Shown one piece after another: positions 51,569 to 64,000 of a stretch of DNA of 64,000 nt. Position 1 is the first letter of the stretch, and every line of letters begins with the position of its first letter. The position numbers and the translations under genes were made by a program. Source of the DNA: Octopus sinensis (Eukaryota); the NCBI RefSeq assembly GCF_006345805.1, contig NC_043001.1, forward strand, positions 54,870,001-54,934,000. Direction: 5' to 3'. The notes under the pieces were generated by a model. The model did not search any database. It was not told the DNA's origin and worked only from the letters and a program-made list of their open reading frames with translations.

Positions 51569-53389
51569 TAATAATAATATTAATAGATGCAGTGCCAGGC
51601 AGTGACTCTCATGGCATGATTTTACTGATTAGAAGTGTTATCATGTGTTAGAGGTGTTATCATGTACATGTTTTGTCTTGGTATAAAAGATGGGCTACAG
51701 CGAATATTCTGCTCAGTGCTACAGATTCGCTTCTCAGTTGCTTGACCGTAACCGGTTGAGCATGTCCCTTGGTGGCTGACGATATGCACATCTCTGATCA
51801 CGGGAAGAAGTAATGGGGAAGCATCATAGCCATATGTCGAAAGGAATTCATTGCAGTTTGAATAATTCACTTCTGGAAACCATCAATGTAAGTCAATGAA
51901 ACCATAGTGTAAATAGATATCACCCACTAGTACCTTTTTACATCCCTATTGGGGTGCTTCTAGAAATAGCAGCCAAAATTCCTTCGAATTATATTTTTCA
52001 GTCTTAAAAATTAACGCATCAATGAGGTACACTGCATGTGGAAATACAATATGGGGTGATATCTGGGATGTCTTATGATGATATGTTCGGTTAAGACAGG
52101 CTGGACTTGGAAGTAAGCAACATCAACAACAACCTTTTTCCAGCTACAGTGGGGATCTTTCACGGGGTCTCAAACTGCTAAAATTAACAGCCAAATCACC
52201 TTTAAATCACAACCATCCGCCTCAACAAAGTCTGGGATAAATAGGATAATGTAATCATGGATAAAATATATTTGAAAATACAACGGACTGGTCATGCCTG
52301 AAATTCCTTCGATCATGGATCTGCTCGATCAGAGCACAATTGTTGTTGTTGTTGTTGTAGCTGTTTAGCTCCGGGTTAACTTTGGATATTGGATTATTTG
52401 AGAATTAACTGTGTTGACAGAACAACAAATATCCGGTTGCTGGTTGCTCTTCCTGATGACGCAACATTCGTATGATTGGTAACATTGAACGCTTGAGCTT
52501 TTCAGACGAATGTAACCAACTCGGTTAGTCTGTTGAGCTAAAAAGAAGTCGACATAAAATTAATGTTACGACCCGCAAAATCTTCCTGGTCTAATAATTC
52601 TCTATGAACATTTTAACCTACCTTATGAAAAAAAGCTTTGTTATTACACACCTTATTTGATGTATAAAGCATCTTCGTTTTAAAATTGAAGAAATGAAAG
52701 ATAACAATCTCAATAAAGTGACTTGCATAAAGTTAAATTTAGATAAATATAAACTCGTTTGAAATCATGAAAAGCAGGTTAGATATTATTAAAATAGAAT
52801 ATATGACAATGAGAACTAAACACGCCTTAAAGATTTGTGTCTGTGTATTTCGAGTTGTTTTACTTTCACAAATATACACATGCATGCACACGTACACTCA
52901 CACATGCACACATACATACACTTATACATGTGTGTATGCTTATATATACCATACCTTCGACCAGGCTACCGGATGACCTCATACATCGCTGGTCACGATG
53001 TATTTCCATTCTGCCTTTGATTGTACCCTTCTCTTATTGGACACGAATTATCTTTTAACCGTTATCTTCCCATCATCTTGTGGGGGTCTTCCGATATCCT
53101 GCATATCTTTGGACAACTGCACTGGTCCACAGTAAATATCCAATAAAATAAGCAACCCCACAATATCTATGCTACAGGTCGGGTACCCAACTAAAGTATC
53201 AACTCATATTACACACACAACATACAAAGCAAACGCTAATACAACAAAAGACTACAATCTAGAATCAGGAAGAGTCTATATTCACCCTAACACCAACAAA
53301 AACAAAATACATAATGTTGCATACACCTCAGCAACACGGAAGTGTATCAGATGAAGCATTAGAAATTTGCCTAATAATAACAATCTTCT

Positions 53390-53540
53390 CTTTTCTACAG
53401 TAGGCACGAAGCCCAAAATTTAGAGAAAGGGGTATAGTCGATTGCATCGACCCCAGTGCTCCACTTGTACTTATTTTACCGACCCAAGAATGCTGAAAGG
53501 CAAAGTCGATCTCGACAGTATTTGAACTCAGAATGTAAAC
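53390..53540 (-). mobile_element. SINE family A, partial
   Basis: gtcgattgcatcgaccccagtgct...aaaggcaaagtcga. Confidence 0.8.
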
Positions 53541-53799
53541 AAAAGAGACTGAACACGCTGAGGGTTTTTGCTATATCTACATCTTCTGTTTAATGTAGTA
53601 AGTCGTTTATTGTTATCTAAAATCCTGTATCCTAAAGTAATCACAAAAACTGCTTTCCAATATCTATCTATCTAACATATCCCTACTGAGTTTGGAGGAA
53701 GAGACAGAGCGCAAGACCCTTGCAGGCCTTTCCGAGAGCAGAGACATTGATACTGTTATGTGAGTTTAAACTGTTGCAGGCCAACATATGCGGGTAAGA

Positions 53800-54124
53800 T
53801 ATAAAGCTGGCCATGTTATGTATTGGACATAGTCGAGAAAGATGTCAGCCAACTGCCCCACAACACCATATAGTCTCTCTAATCTGCCATAACCAGCACT
53901 ATGTACAGAATTGGTAAAGCTCATTTGATCTGGGCGTGTCAATGCTGCCGATCCCGTATTTAAGCAGCCATTGATGCAAACGGTAGATTCATTGAATAGG
54001 TGTAATAAAAGGATTAGTAAGATTATTTGTACCAATTTGTTTTTAAATACTGCTTTTCTTTTATGTGTTATGAGTCCTTTTCTAATTTCATGCAAATCAC
54101 CTCAAAAACTTAACGCACCCTGTA
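53800..54124 (+). mobile_element. Tc1/mariner (maT-like) 3' end with TIR
   Basis: HLIWACQCCRSRI*AAIDANGRFIE* C-terminus; TIR cctcaaaaacttaacgcaccctgTA. Confidence 0.7.
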
Positions 54125-54324
54125 TATGTAAATTTTGTATTCTGATTCCACATACTACTTGATGTTCATTTTGGTGTGATAAATAAATTAACAAATTCTA
54201 AAGAGTATACTATCATCCCTACCTCTCGCATAGCCACCCCACGCCTTATTTTGCGTTTTGAATACAGAAAAAGTAAGGAACTGTAAACTTGTTTTAATGC
54301 TATTAACTTTGTATTGGTTAAATA

Positions 54325-55178
54325 TCTATATATATAAAGTGAGGGCGCGTGGCTTAGTGGTTAGGGCATTCGGCTCATGATCGTAAGGTTGTGAGTTCGA
54401 TTCCCGGCGACGCGTTGTGTCCTTGAGCAAGACACTTTATTTCACGTTGCTCCAGTCCACTCAGCTGGCAAAAATGAGTTGTACTTGTATTTCAAATGGT
54501 CAGCCTTGTCACTCTCTGTGTCACGCTGATTATCCCCGAGAACTACGTTAAGGGTACACGTGTCTGTGGAATGCTCAGCCATTTGCACGTTAATTTCACG
54601 AGCAAGCTGTTCCGTTGATCGTATCAGCTGGGACCCTCGTCGTCGTAACCGGCGGAGTCTTTTTTTTAATATATATAAAACTGTAGTTGTGTGAGTGTCT
54701 GTCCCCTTCGATTTAGATTCCTAACTACTCCCACATTTTGCGGTGCAGTTTAACCAAATTCGGGTATCTTATAGTCGTGATTCATATCGAGCCCGTCTGA
54801 GTATTAGCGCGCGTCTACGATGAGTCTACGATTTTAAAAATAATTTAACATAATTTTTTATTCCATTTTAATGCATAATTTTTCGTGTGTCGATGGCGGC
54901 GGAGTTGGCGTCCATGGTCACACCTGCACCTGTTTGCTTTTCCCCCTTCTTCCCTCCCTCGTGAAGCTGCGGGGAAGGGAGTGTAAGGAAATCAACGTCG
55001 TAAAGCGTTGTCAAGGAGACCAGCGTTCTTTTAGAACAACGACTTCATGGCTTGAAGACACCAAAACAGAAATGGCTAAAAAAGCCCGAATTGGCATCTA
55101 TAAGGGAAGTAACTCTCTAAAAATGCTTATATAGTTATTTCTCTTACAAACCCGAGCAACGCCGGGTGATACCGCTAG
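54325..55178 (+). mobile_element. Non-autonomous Helitron with a SINE inserted near its 5' end
   Basis: A|TCtatatatataaa start; acccgagcaacgccgggt hairpin; CTAG|T end. Confidence 0.88.
54340..54668 (+). mobile_element. SINE family C, full length
   Basis: A box TGGCTTAGTGG, B box GAGTTCGATTC, T-rich end; atatatataaa duplicated on both sides. Confidence 0.92.
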
Positions 55179-55439
55179 TTACCTATATAACATTTTATAA
55201 ATGATATGAAACCCCCAACCCCCACCCCATCTGGAAAAAAAACTGATATTGGAATCTTTATCTATTTATATAGTTTGTATTATTTAAAAAAAAAGCCTGT
55301 ATTCAGAAAAGCACTTCCAGCGTAAAAAAAATATATAAATTCTTAATGAGTATTATGATATGCAAATTTTAAAAAAGAACTATGCACAAAGCTTAAACGA
55401 AATACATCATAAAATAAGCACTAATAGTATTTACTATTT

Positions 55440-55950
55440 AAATGACCATTGTCTTTTCCAGTCAAAGTGTCTTGATTTCTGTACATTTGATATGAATTTG
55501 TGCCTGTTTCCGAAGTTTTTGTCGCTAGATTGATAGCATGCTCGACTCCTTGACTATGACAAGGAAGAGGTATTGGCTATGACAGTCAGATCTTTTTATT
55601 TGTTTGTCATAACACGTGCAGGTGCATATATCAAACATTTCATTGAACTTCTCAAATTTCTTATCAAAATATTCTCCTCTTTGCTTGACAGATATTTTGT
55701 TTAATTTATAAGCAGGTTCAATGAATCTCAATTTAAGAAAAAGAAAATTTGTCCCATATTCTTTGCCCGTCTGCAACAACAATCTGGTAACATTCTTTCA
55801 CAGTGGGTGAATTTATTGATATCTGTTCTTCACGTTTTCTTGTGTAAATAATGTCGGAATACATCAGCTTTTATTGGAGTCATTGCTGTAGGAAATTCTA
55901 CAGGAAATCTAAATGCTGAATTACGGCTTTTACTTCTAATTGCCATTAAA
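55440..55950 (-). pseudogene. Decayed DNA-transposon-like Cys-rich N-terminal region, superfamily not assigned
   Basis: MFDICTCTC...DCH resembles an LFDIxxCxC...C motif I recall from invertebrate DNA transposon ORFs. Confidence 0.35.
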
Positions 55951-56087
55951 TAATTTTATATACTTGAATTATTGCAGTCTAAATTTATGTAGGTATTTTT
56001 GTAAAATTATTATACAATTTAGCTCTGAAATAACAAATACATTTAGAAAAACAAATGTATACATTTAGAAAAGAAATTCATTTAATA

Positions 56088-56419
<332 letters not shown>

Positions 56420-56667
56420 GTATGTATGCATGTATGTATGTAAATGTATACATGCATACACACACTCATACACACACAACACATTAATGTTTGTGTTTAT
56501 GTCAAGTTATATACAAAGACACTTTAACATTAAACTGAAGGATTACCCAATTCTTCTAGATATAGATATTTATTAACTTTTGCATGGAAAAGGTTATCAG
56601 TGACTTCAAAGTTCATAAATACATACCCCACCCCACCCCACCAATATATATATATATATATATATAC

Positions 56668-56699
<32 letters not shown>

Positions 56700-56754
56700 G
56701 TGTGTATATAAATATATATGCATATAATATATGTATAAACATAATACATAAGCA

Positions 56755-57455
56755 AGGCTGTGTGATAGCAGTTTGTTTCCCAACCATTCAGTTCCGGGTT
56801 CATGTGTGTGTGTGTTGCACGCTGGCGGTATATGCGTATTCGTGTTTACCCGCTACCATGGCTTATCAACCGGTATCGTTTGTTTATGTCCCCGTAACTC
56901 AGCAGTTTAGTAAAAAGAGACAGATAGAATAAATGGTAAGCTCAGAAATAAGTACTGGGGATCCATTTGCTCGACTAAAACCTACAAAACGGTGTCCGAG
57001 CATAGCCACAGTCTATTGACTAAAACAAGTAAAAGAATGAAATATAGTATAATATAATATTGGTGCAAGGGTAGCTGTATGGTAAGAAGCTCGCTTCCTA
57101 ACCACATGATTCTAGGTTCAGTCCCACTATGTGGCACCTTGGGTAAATGTCTTCAACTATGCCCTCGGACTGACCAAAGCTTTGTGAGTGGATTTGGTTG
57201 ACGGAACCTGAAAGAAGCCCGTCGTATGTGTGTGTGTGTATGTGTGCGTGTGTGTGTGTGTGTTTGTATCTGTGTTCGTCTCCCACCACTGCATGACAAT
57301 CCATTTTGGCTTGATACGCCCTTGTAACTTAGCGGTTCGTCAAAAGAAGCCAATATAATACCAAACTTTTAAAAAACAAGTACTGAGGTCGATTTGTTCT
57401 ACGTAAAGTTCTTCAAGACGCTGCTCCAGTATGTCCACTGAAACAAATAAAAGAA
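56755..57455 (+). mobile_element. Two diverged SINE family B copies
   Basis: 56755-57040 (internally deleted) and 57062-57455. Confidence 0.8.
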
Positions 57456-57459
57456 TATA

Positions 57460-57618
57460 TACCGTATTTTTGTCAAAAATTCTGTTTAAAAAATGTGGGA
57501 GTTCCTTATACATGGATAGAATTATAATCACTTACAAAGCCTTTTTTCCAAATTTTAAGCCCCCAAAATTATGGGGCTCCTTATATACTAGGTTCCGTAT
57601 ACACGTTAAAATACAGTA
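57460..57618. mobile_element. Tigger/pogo-like MITE
   Basis: TAccgtatttt...aaaatacagTA termini; internal repeated ccttata.a. Confidence 0.6.
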
Positions 57619-58212
57619 TATATATATATATATACGTTTAAATATTTGTTGTGCAAGATTTTTTATGTGAATGGAGCAATAGCGCACACCACAACATATG
57701 ACAATAGTGGATCCTGCAAACATAATAAATACACAGGTAATTAAAGAAATAGAAATGAATATCTATATATATGTATATGTGTATATATATGTATATGTAT
57801 ATGTGTATATATGTGTGTATATATGTATATATATATATGTATATGTATATGTATGTATATATATATATGTATATGTATATTCTTTTTTTTTTTTTCGATT
57901 AGATTTATTATTATTATTACTAATATTGTTGTTATACATACATACAAGCATATGTAATGATAATAATGGGTGGATGTAAACACATGAACAAAATTAGAAC
58001 AAAAGCAACAACAACAAAAACAAAATACAAATTACAAGAATGTATATAACCAGAAGATACAAATATTACAGGCATCCCCCCCACACACACACACTAAATA
58101 AACATAGACGCACATAGAGATATAAGCATGCGCAAATGAAGACATACAATAGAAATACAAAATGGCTGACGGTTAGTAAGGAGAGACACAAGTAAGTGAG
58201 AAGAAAACAAAG

Positions 58213-58256
58213 GACCACTGATGCGGTCACAGGAGTGTGACGAAAGAACTTTGGCC
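58213..58256 (+). ncRNA. Degenerate minimal hammerhead ribozyme
   Basis: gacca CTGATG cg gtcac aggagt gtgac GAAA gaac TT tggcc; A9 lost, stems retained. Confidence 0.55.
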
Positions 58257-58364
58257 GAAATAAGATTAAGATTAATGTAAAAAATAAATATCACTGAAGC
58301 AAAATAACACCAAATATATAGTGCGTGTGTTTTTATTGGCTAAACTGGGAATATGACCATTCCG

Positions 58365-58431
<67 letters not shown>

Positions 58432-58950
58432 AAGTGAAGTTGTAAGGTACCGCACGAGTGGGAATATATATGAAAGAAGGTTTGAAAATGCAATTTTAAA
58501 AGATGTTTATTCACTTGACCGGTTTCACTTTTTTAGAAAAAGATTGTTAAACGTAACATGTAAAAGCTTTGTTGTCTTAAGTACTGGTTGTCACAAAATA
58601 TTACAATATATATATATACATTCTTTGATAATAATAAGAAAATGTTAAAAACAGTTTACAGGAAAAAATTGAGAAAATATTAAAAAGTTCATAAAAAATA
58701 TTAGGATTTCATTAAAAATCATGTTTGGTTGGAAGTATCTATATATATACACAGAAAATTATAAGTTCAAAAAGTCATATTTTGGTGGTATATATATACA
58801 CAGAAGGAGATATATTTAGGAGTTTACAAAGAATTTGAGATGGACTAACCTGTTTCAACATTTTATCGTAAAAGGGTATTTTCTATTTTAAGGCACAGTG
58901 TGGGAGGTTGTTTTGTGTGGGGGGAAGGAAGAGCAATGTGGAATTGAAAG

Positions 58951-58993
<43 letters not shown>

Positions 58994-59679
58994 ATATATA
59001 CATTCATATATAATCTTTGTGTGTGAACATATGTATGTAGATAAGTATGAGTATGCATGCATACTTATCTCGTCTATCACGGTTGGTGGTGGTGGGTCTT
59101 TGTTAAATGTGAAATATTTAATTATTCTGTCTTATCCAAAGCTATCGTAGTCTTTCATAATCTAGCAACAATCCTATCATTCTTTAATCCATGGCTAATC
59201 TGCAGCTCTCAAAGGCTGCTAGAGTACAAACCCATAAAACTCACAATAGTTATAGAAAAGTTGTTACGAAGGATTGTTGTTATTTAACCCAGCAACAATA
59301 AAAGCTACGTTCTCCTAGTTTTGATAAGAGACTGTCAAATTCTGTTAGTTTGAATGCGATATATTATATATCATAGGTGTATTTACAAATGAAGTTGTTT
59401 ATATATCTATATGTATGTATACTGCAGAATGACGTACAGAATTGAATAACATTTTGATAAAATGTTTTTGTTGTTTTTTACAATTTTGTTGCTGTGTAGT
59501 AAAATGAATTTTAATCAACTTTGAAACAATGAAAGGCAAAGTCGACCTCGGCAGAATTTAACTAAGCATTTTGCTTGGCGTGCTAACGATTTTGCCAGAT
59601 CGCCGCCTTAATGTACCTAACAACATAGTCAGTATCAGAATTTTTTTTAATAATAAGAGATAATCAAACATATCATCCT

Positions 59680-59779
59680 GCATGTATGTATGTATGAATG
59701 TGTATAGCATGTATGTGTGTGTATGTATGTATGTATGTATGTATGTGTGTATGTATGTGTGTATGTATGTATGCATGTG

Positions 59780-59812
<33 letters not shown>

Positions 59813-59832
59813 ATATATATATATATATATAT

Positions 59833-59881
<49 letters not shown>

Positions 59882-60090
59882 CACATGCATACATACATAC
59901 ATACCTACATACATACATACATACATATATGTTTGTATCTGTGTATGTATGTATGTATGTATGTATGTATGTATGTATGTATGTATGTATGTATGTATGT
60001 ATGTATGTATGTATGTATGTATGTATGTATGTATGTATGTATGTATGTATGTGTGTATGTATGTATGTATGTGTCTATCTACCTGTCTAT
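59680..60090. repeat. (TATG)/(TATC)/(TA)/(TAGA) microsatellite block
   Basis: Read directly. Confidence 0.97.
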
Positions 60091-60455
60091 TCATGAAGTG
60101 ATCTTGGAGGACCGTCGCCGAACAATTGACGAACTTGATATGACTGGTGTGTTCTAGAGCTCCTGCCAAAAAATTTTGAGTGAGGAATTGCAAATGAAAA
60201 AGAGTTGCCGCCGCTCGCTCACGGAAGATCAAAAGCAGTCAAGACTGCTGAATGCGTATCGTGAACTGAAAGAATAGTTGGAAGTTGATCCGGACCTTTT
60301 TCCGAAAGTCATCACTGGTGATGAAAGTTGGTGCTACGGAATTTTCAGATGTGGAAGAGGTGACGAAAAAAGCGACGGAGGCATTAAAAGGCATTACTTC
60401 GCAGAAGTTCCAGCGCTGCTTCGAACACTGGAAAACCCGTCTGGACCAATGCTCC
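60090..60455 (+). mobile_element. Internally deleted mariner transposase fragment
   Basis: EVILEDRRRTIDEL, LTEDQKQSR, KVITGDESWCYG (first catalytic D), FQRCFEHWKTRLDQC. Confidence 0.9.
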
Positions 60456-60647
60456 CACATATACTCCCACATATATCCATGCATACTCGGATATGTCCAA
60501 ACACTTACATATATGTGTACATGAATACATCACAATACACATACATATGAATGTACAAGTATATGAAATTATATACCCATCCACGCCTGAATACGACGGA
60601 AGGAAGGTTTCAGGTGAAATGTCTACATAAAGAAAGAACAGGTTAAG

Positions 60648-60732
60648 ATTCACTACAGCTGTTTCAAACGTGTGTTTTATTGTTTAATAAACTGAGTACA
60701 TCATGAAAATCAAAAGTCTCCTTCAGGTGAAT
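60648..60732 (-). ncRNA. Type I hammerhead ribozyme (A9G)
   Basis: attcac CTGAAGG agac...gttt GAAA cagctg TA gtgaat: 6-bp stem I, palindromic ACAGCTGT. Confidence 0.72.
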
Positions 60733-60873
60733 TAAAAATTAAAAATTTAGTTCAGAAAAAATATACCAAGATGTGGAATTTGTGTCGATCCTTTTGGCAA
60801 AATAAGAGGGTCAGACACAAATTCCACATCTCGATATTTTTTCCGAACCAAATTTTTAATTTTCAATTTCTAA

Positions 60874-60961
60874 TTTACCTGAAGAAGTCGCCTTTATTTC
60901 TTTTCGCGAAATAATCAGTTTATTCATCAATAAAACACGCGTCCGAGACAGCTGTAGTGAA
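60874..60961 (+). ncRNA. Type I hammerhead ribozyme (A14G)
   Basis: tttac CTGAAGA agtcgc...gcgtcc GAGA cagctg TA gtgaa. Confidence 0.68.
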
Positions 60962-60983
60962 CCATAACCAATTTGTGTTTTTT

Positions 60984-61059
<76 letters not shown>

Positions 61060-63149
61060 ATGAGTGTGGAACCACCTCTTAGCTGTTATTGTTCCCAGGT
61101 TTAGTCTGACTCAGAGTAATTGCTCCTGTTGGTGTAGCAGCTTTAGGTTAATTAGTATGTCGTAGAATTACATTCGGAAGTAGGTCACTCACAGACATCC
61201 TTAAAGACCCAATCCTTCAGATTTTTTGCTACTCATCTAAGAGAATGCAATTCCATACAAATTTTGCATCCTGATAGATACTGGGCTCATGACACTAGTT
61301 GCACCAGACCAATACAAATTTTGCAGGACGAGAGCGCAGGACTGGCTCTGCACAACAACGCTTACCTGATCGTAAACCAAAATTGAAAATTTGCGTCCAT
61401 AAATCTCCTACCTTTATTTGGTAATTTACCTCGCATCACAACAGACTAGACATATACGGCCTGCAACATTTTAGGCCATGTCAATCATCTTGACCAACAA
61501 GAATCGACCTTGCTACTACTCGGCTTATATACCATCATTCACCACTATTCCCTTAATAGTATCAGATAAACACAAGTATTCTTAACATGTTTGAAACACC
61601 GAGTAACAATGGGGTGAATCAACAAATTCTCATCCAATAAATATAAACTCTACATCATGTATTCTGTGCTCTTTTCGTTCGTTTCTACGCATAAACGCAC
61701 ATGTGTGTGTGTGTGTATCATGCATGTATGCATGTAACTATACTGAGAAAAAGAGGAAGATTGCTTCACTACAAAGAGATCAGTGCATGTCAGAAGTGAG
61801 AACTGTCAACTTACTTTCAACCGCCCCTACCTTGCACAATGTGACAGAAAAATAAATCTATCACAATTGTTTACACTCCTTTCTTATTCTGACGCGAACA
61901 AAAAGCCAATATTATTAAAGCTGTAATCTTAATGCTGCATAAAAAATACTTCAGTTGTCGAGAAGTCGTAGTTAAAAACAAACGGGAATTTAAGATTACT
62001 ATATGTCATGGTTACATATGTTTACATTGCTATCGTTGATGTCAGCTTGAAGAAATTATAAAAAAAAAGTAAGCTGTTTTAATAATAATTATGTTATTAG
62101 TAGACTCGTTAGATCTTGGATAGAATGCATTGCAGTATTTGGTCTGGCTCTCGGCGTTCTGCGTTCAATATTCGCAACTGTCATCCAGTAACTGGTCCTA
62201 AGAACACACATAAAAAGCCCAGCTCGATATCGCAGGAAGGAAAATGTTGAAGGTCAAAAGCGCTGGTCGAGGTTGATCTTGAGTGCTTCTTTGGCATCGG
62301 GAAAAAAGGTGCACCAAATTTAGAATGAAAAAGGAATTAGTGCGATCAGTGCGATACAACTTGTATCAAATTCATGTAATACAAAAAAAAACAGGTTTAC
62401 AGTTGTAGAAATTGAAGAAATAAAGTAGTGTTGAGAGAAGACTGCTTTATTTTTTATGAGTCTTTTGAAGAAAGTAACAATGAAATTATTGTTGATGAAC
62501 CTGAACACAAAAAGGATGATGTAGTGGGTGGTATAGGTGAACATAGCGGAAACCAGGGCAGTGGTACGAATACAGTGGAGTATGCCTATAAATATCTAAT
62601 ACCCTAAGTACAGTTTCGTTCTTATCTAGGGGACGAAGAACAAGAAATACTCGACATACAGACTTGATAGTATGTGGTATTCAACAAAATTCTGTCAACC
62701 CACGGTTTGTCTAGAAGGAAAATCGTAGTGAAGTTATAAATGTAGGTAGGATCCTGCTGTTGTAGAGACGGACGATATTACAGAATTTCGGGATATGCTT
62801 TAGGCAGTTGTGATTGAAGAAAGTATAGGTACAATATAGAAGAACAAAGAAAGTGCCAGGAGCCTTGGTGGAAGTGGTGAATTGAACGACTCATAGTAAC
62901 TCTGAGAAAGCATAAGGTATAAGAGATGTTTGAAGAATGCTAAGGAATATGAGCAAAGAATGCTTGAAAAGAAATACAGTCTGAAACAATGATTTTCGAA
63001 CGGTGATGGCATTTTCATCGGTATTCAGGCAGTGAGACCAGACGTAATATATACTTTCTGATCTGGAAAAAGCAATGCACTGTTGGCCAAACATATTGTC
63101 TCAGTTAGTGGCATATAATAACAAGGCAAAATGGTTGGCGTGGTGAAAG

Positions 63150-64000
63150 AGGAACTAGTAATCAAAGCTATGAACGAAGAGCATCCAGTTAGAATGACAC
63201 CTGAGGATGGGAAAATTCAGGATAAGGGTCTATCGAACTGGAAAGTACCAGCGCCGGGTGGAATCTAAAGCTTCTGGATGAAAAGATTAAAGGGTATACA
63301 AGGGAGGCTGGTTTCCGTTTTGTTTTCATGGTTGACCTGGAGTTAGTTAACAATAGCAATTATATCTTCCATAATCTCTAAATAGAAATAGATAAAGTTT
63401 AAGATAATCCGTAAAGATGATGAAGATCCGGTCCCGTTTTTTTTTTCTATTGGTAATACATTCCTGAACCAATGCAAATTTTATGATGTGATACTAAATT
63501 GAATGATTTACGGGTGAACGACCCTATCATGAAAGACATATTCAAGGGTCCTGTGGTCGTTATTAACATATTCAAGGTCGTATGGTTGGTTCTATTTCAT
63601 GCCTTAGCTGGATATGGAAAATTCTAACAGAATAGTTGTTGACATTGTGCACACATCGGGACAACGAATGACTTACTGCCCATCCAATAGAAAGGCTATG
63701 GAAAAATGGTCATAAAGCACAAAAGATTACCTAGCTGCTGACAGAACAGTGGGCCAACATAAATTTCAAAAATTCGTACTTGGCATCGCTGCCATCGATA
63801 TCAGAGTCTCTGAACGTGTTTTGTTGCTGAGAATGTACAAAATCTAATGAGTGATGGCATAAAGAAAACAGCACAACACTATTTTCCAACGGTCGAGATC
63901 TGAGGCAGTTTTGATATTAAGCGCGGCATCTTTCGAGGTAACTTATTTTCTCCTTTGTACTTCGTCATTGCTCTGATTCCTCTGAACGTGGTGCTTCAGA
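63150..64000 (+). pseudogene. Decayed Dong/R4-type LINE reverse transcriptase, running off the window end
   Basis: NWKVPAPGG (K.PGPD-like, ~63236); KRGIFRGNLFSPLYFVIALIPL (~63920-63985, the RGIFQGDSLSPL motif). Confidence 0.78.

Larger units (their letters stand above)
60625..60990. repeat. Inverted repeat with ~170-bp arms, each holding a hammerhead
   Basis: Centre agatgtggaatttgtgtc...gacacaaattccacatct; outer ttcactacagctgt / acagctgtagtgaa. Confidence 0.9.

Noticed and set aside
52445-52555. CTGATGA followed by a long hairpin
   Set aside because: No GAAA/UH arm or stem I.
54340-54412. tRNA genes at the SINE heads (also 5059, 10352)
   Set aside because: A and B boxes are present but there is no complete cloverleaf, and each continues into a repeated SINE body.
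58505-58860. Half-hammerheads on minus (GAAAccggTC near 58520, GAAAcaggtTA near 58850)
   Set aside because: No intact CUGANGA with a matching stem I was found.
61355-61500. Minus-strand donor CAG|GTAAGC
   Set aside because: No convincing open frame or acceptor upstream.

Overview
AT-rich eukaryotic (metazoan) non-genic DNA, not prokaryotic. The SINE repertoire and the very high microsatellite load look like a coleoid cephalopod, most likely Octopus; this is inferred from recognising the repeats and was not verified by a search. I found no supportable intact host gene, and most ORFs in the track are microsatellite translations. The window is a mosaic of three abundant tRNA-derived SINE families, decayed Penelope-like elements (RT + GIY-YIG), Dong/R4-type restriction-endonuclease LINEs, an L1/Tx1 fragment, mariner/Tc1 and Merlin transposase fragments, several A|TC...CTRR|T Helitrons, a solo LTR and long fold-back palindromes. 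The main signal missed by the ORF track is about ten type I hammerhead ribozyme motifs (CUGANGA...GAAA...UH). Several have a self-complementary stem III, as in dimer-forming hammerheads. Two have a canonical core (50040-50155 +, 38991-39035 -). Two pairs sit back-to-back inside inverted repeats, and several are tied directly to Penelope 3' ends. Other observations: a twin-priming-like inverted Penelope, a Helitron carrying a Merlin fragment, SINE dimers joined at one fixed point, a possible SINE-Dong LINE partnership at (TAA)n, and locally templated insertions. Element boundaries are read by eye and approximate unless termini or TSDs are quoted.
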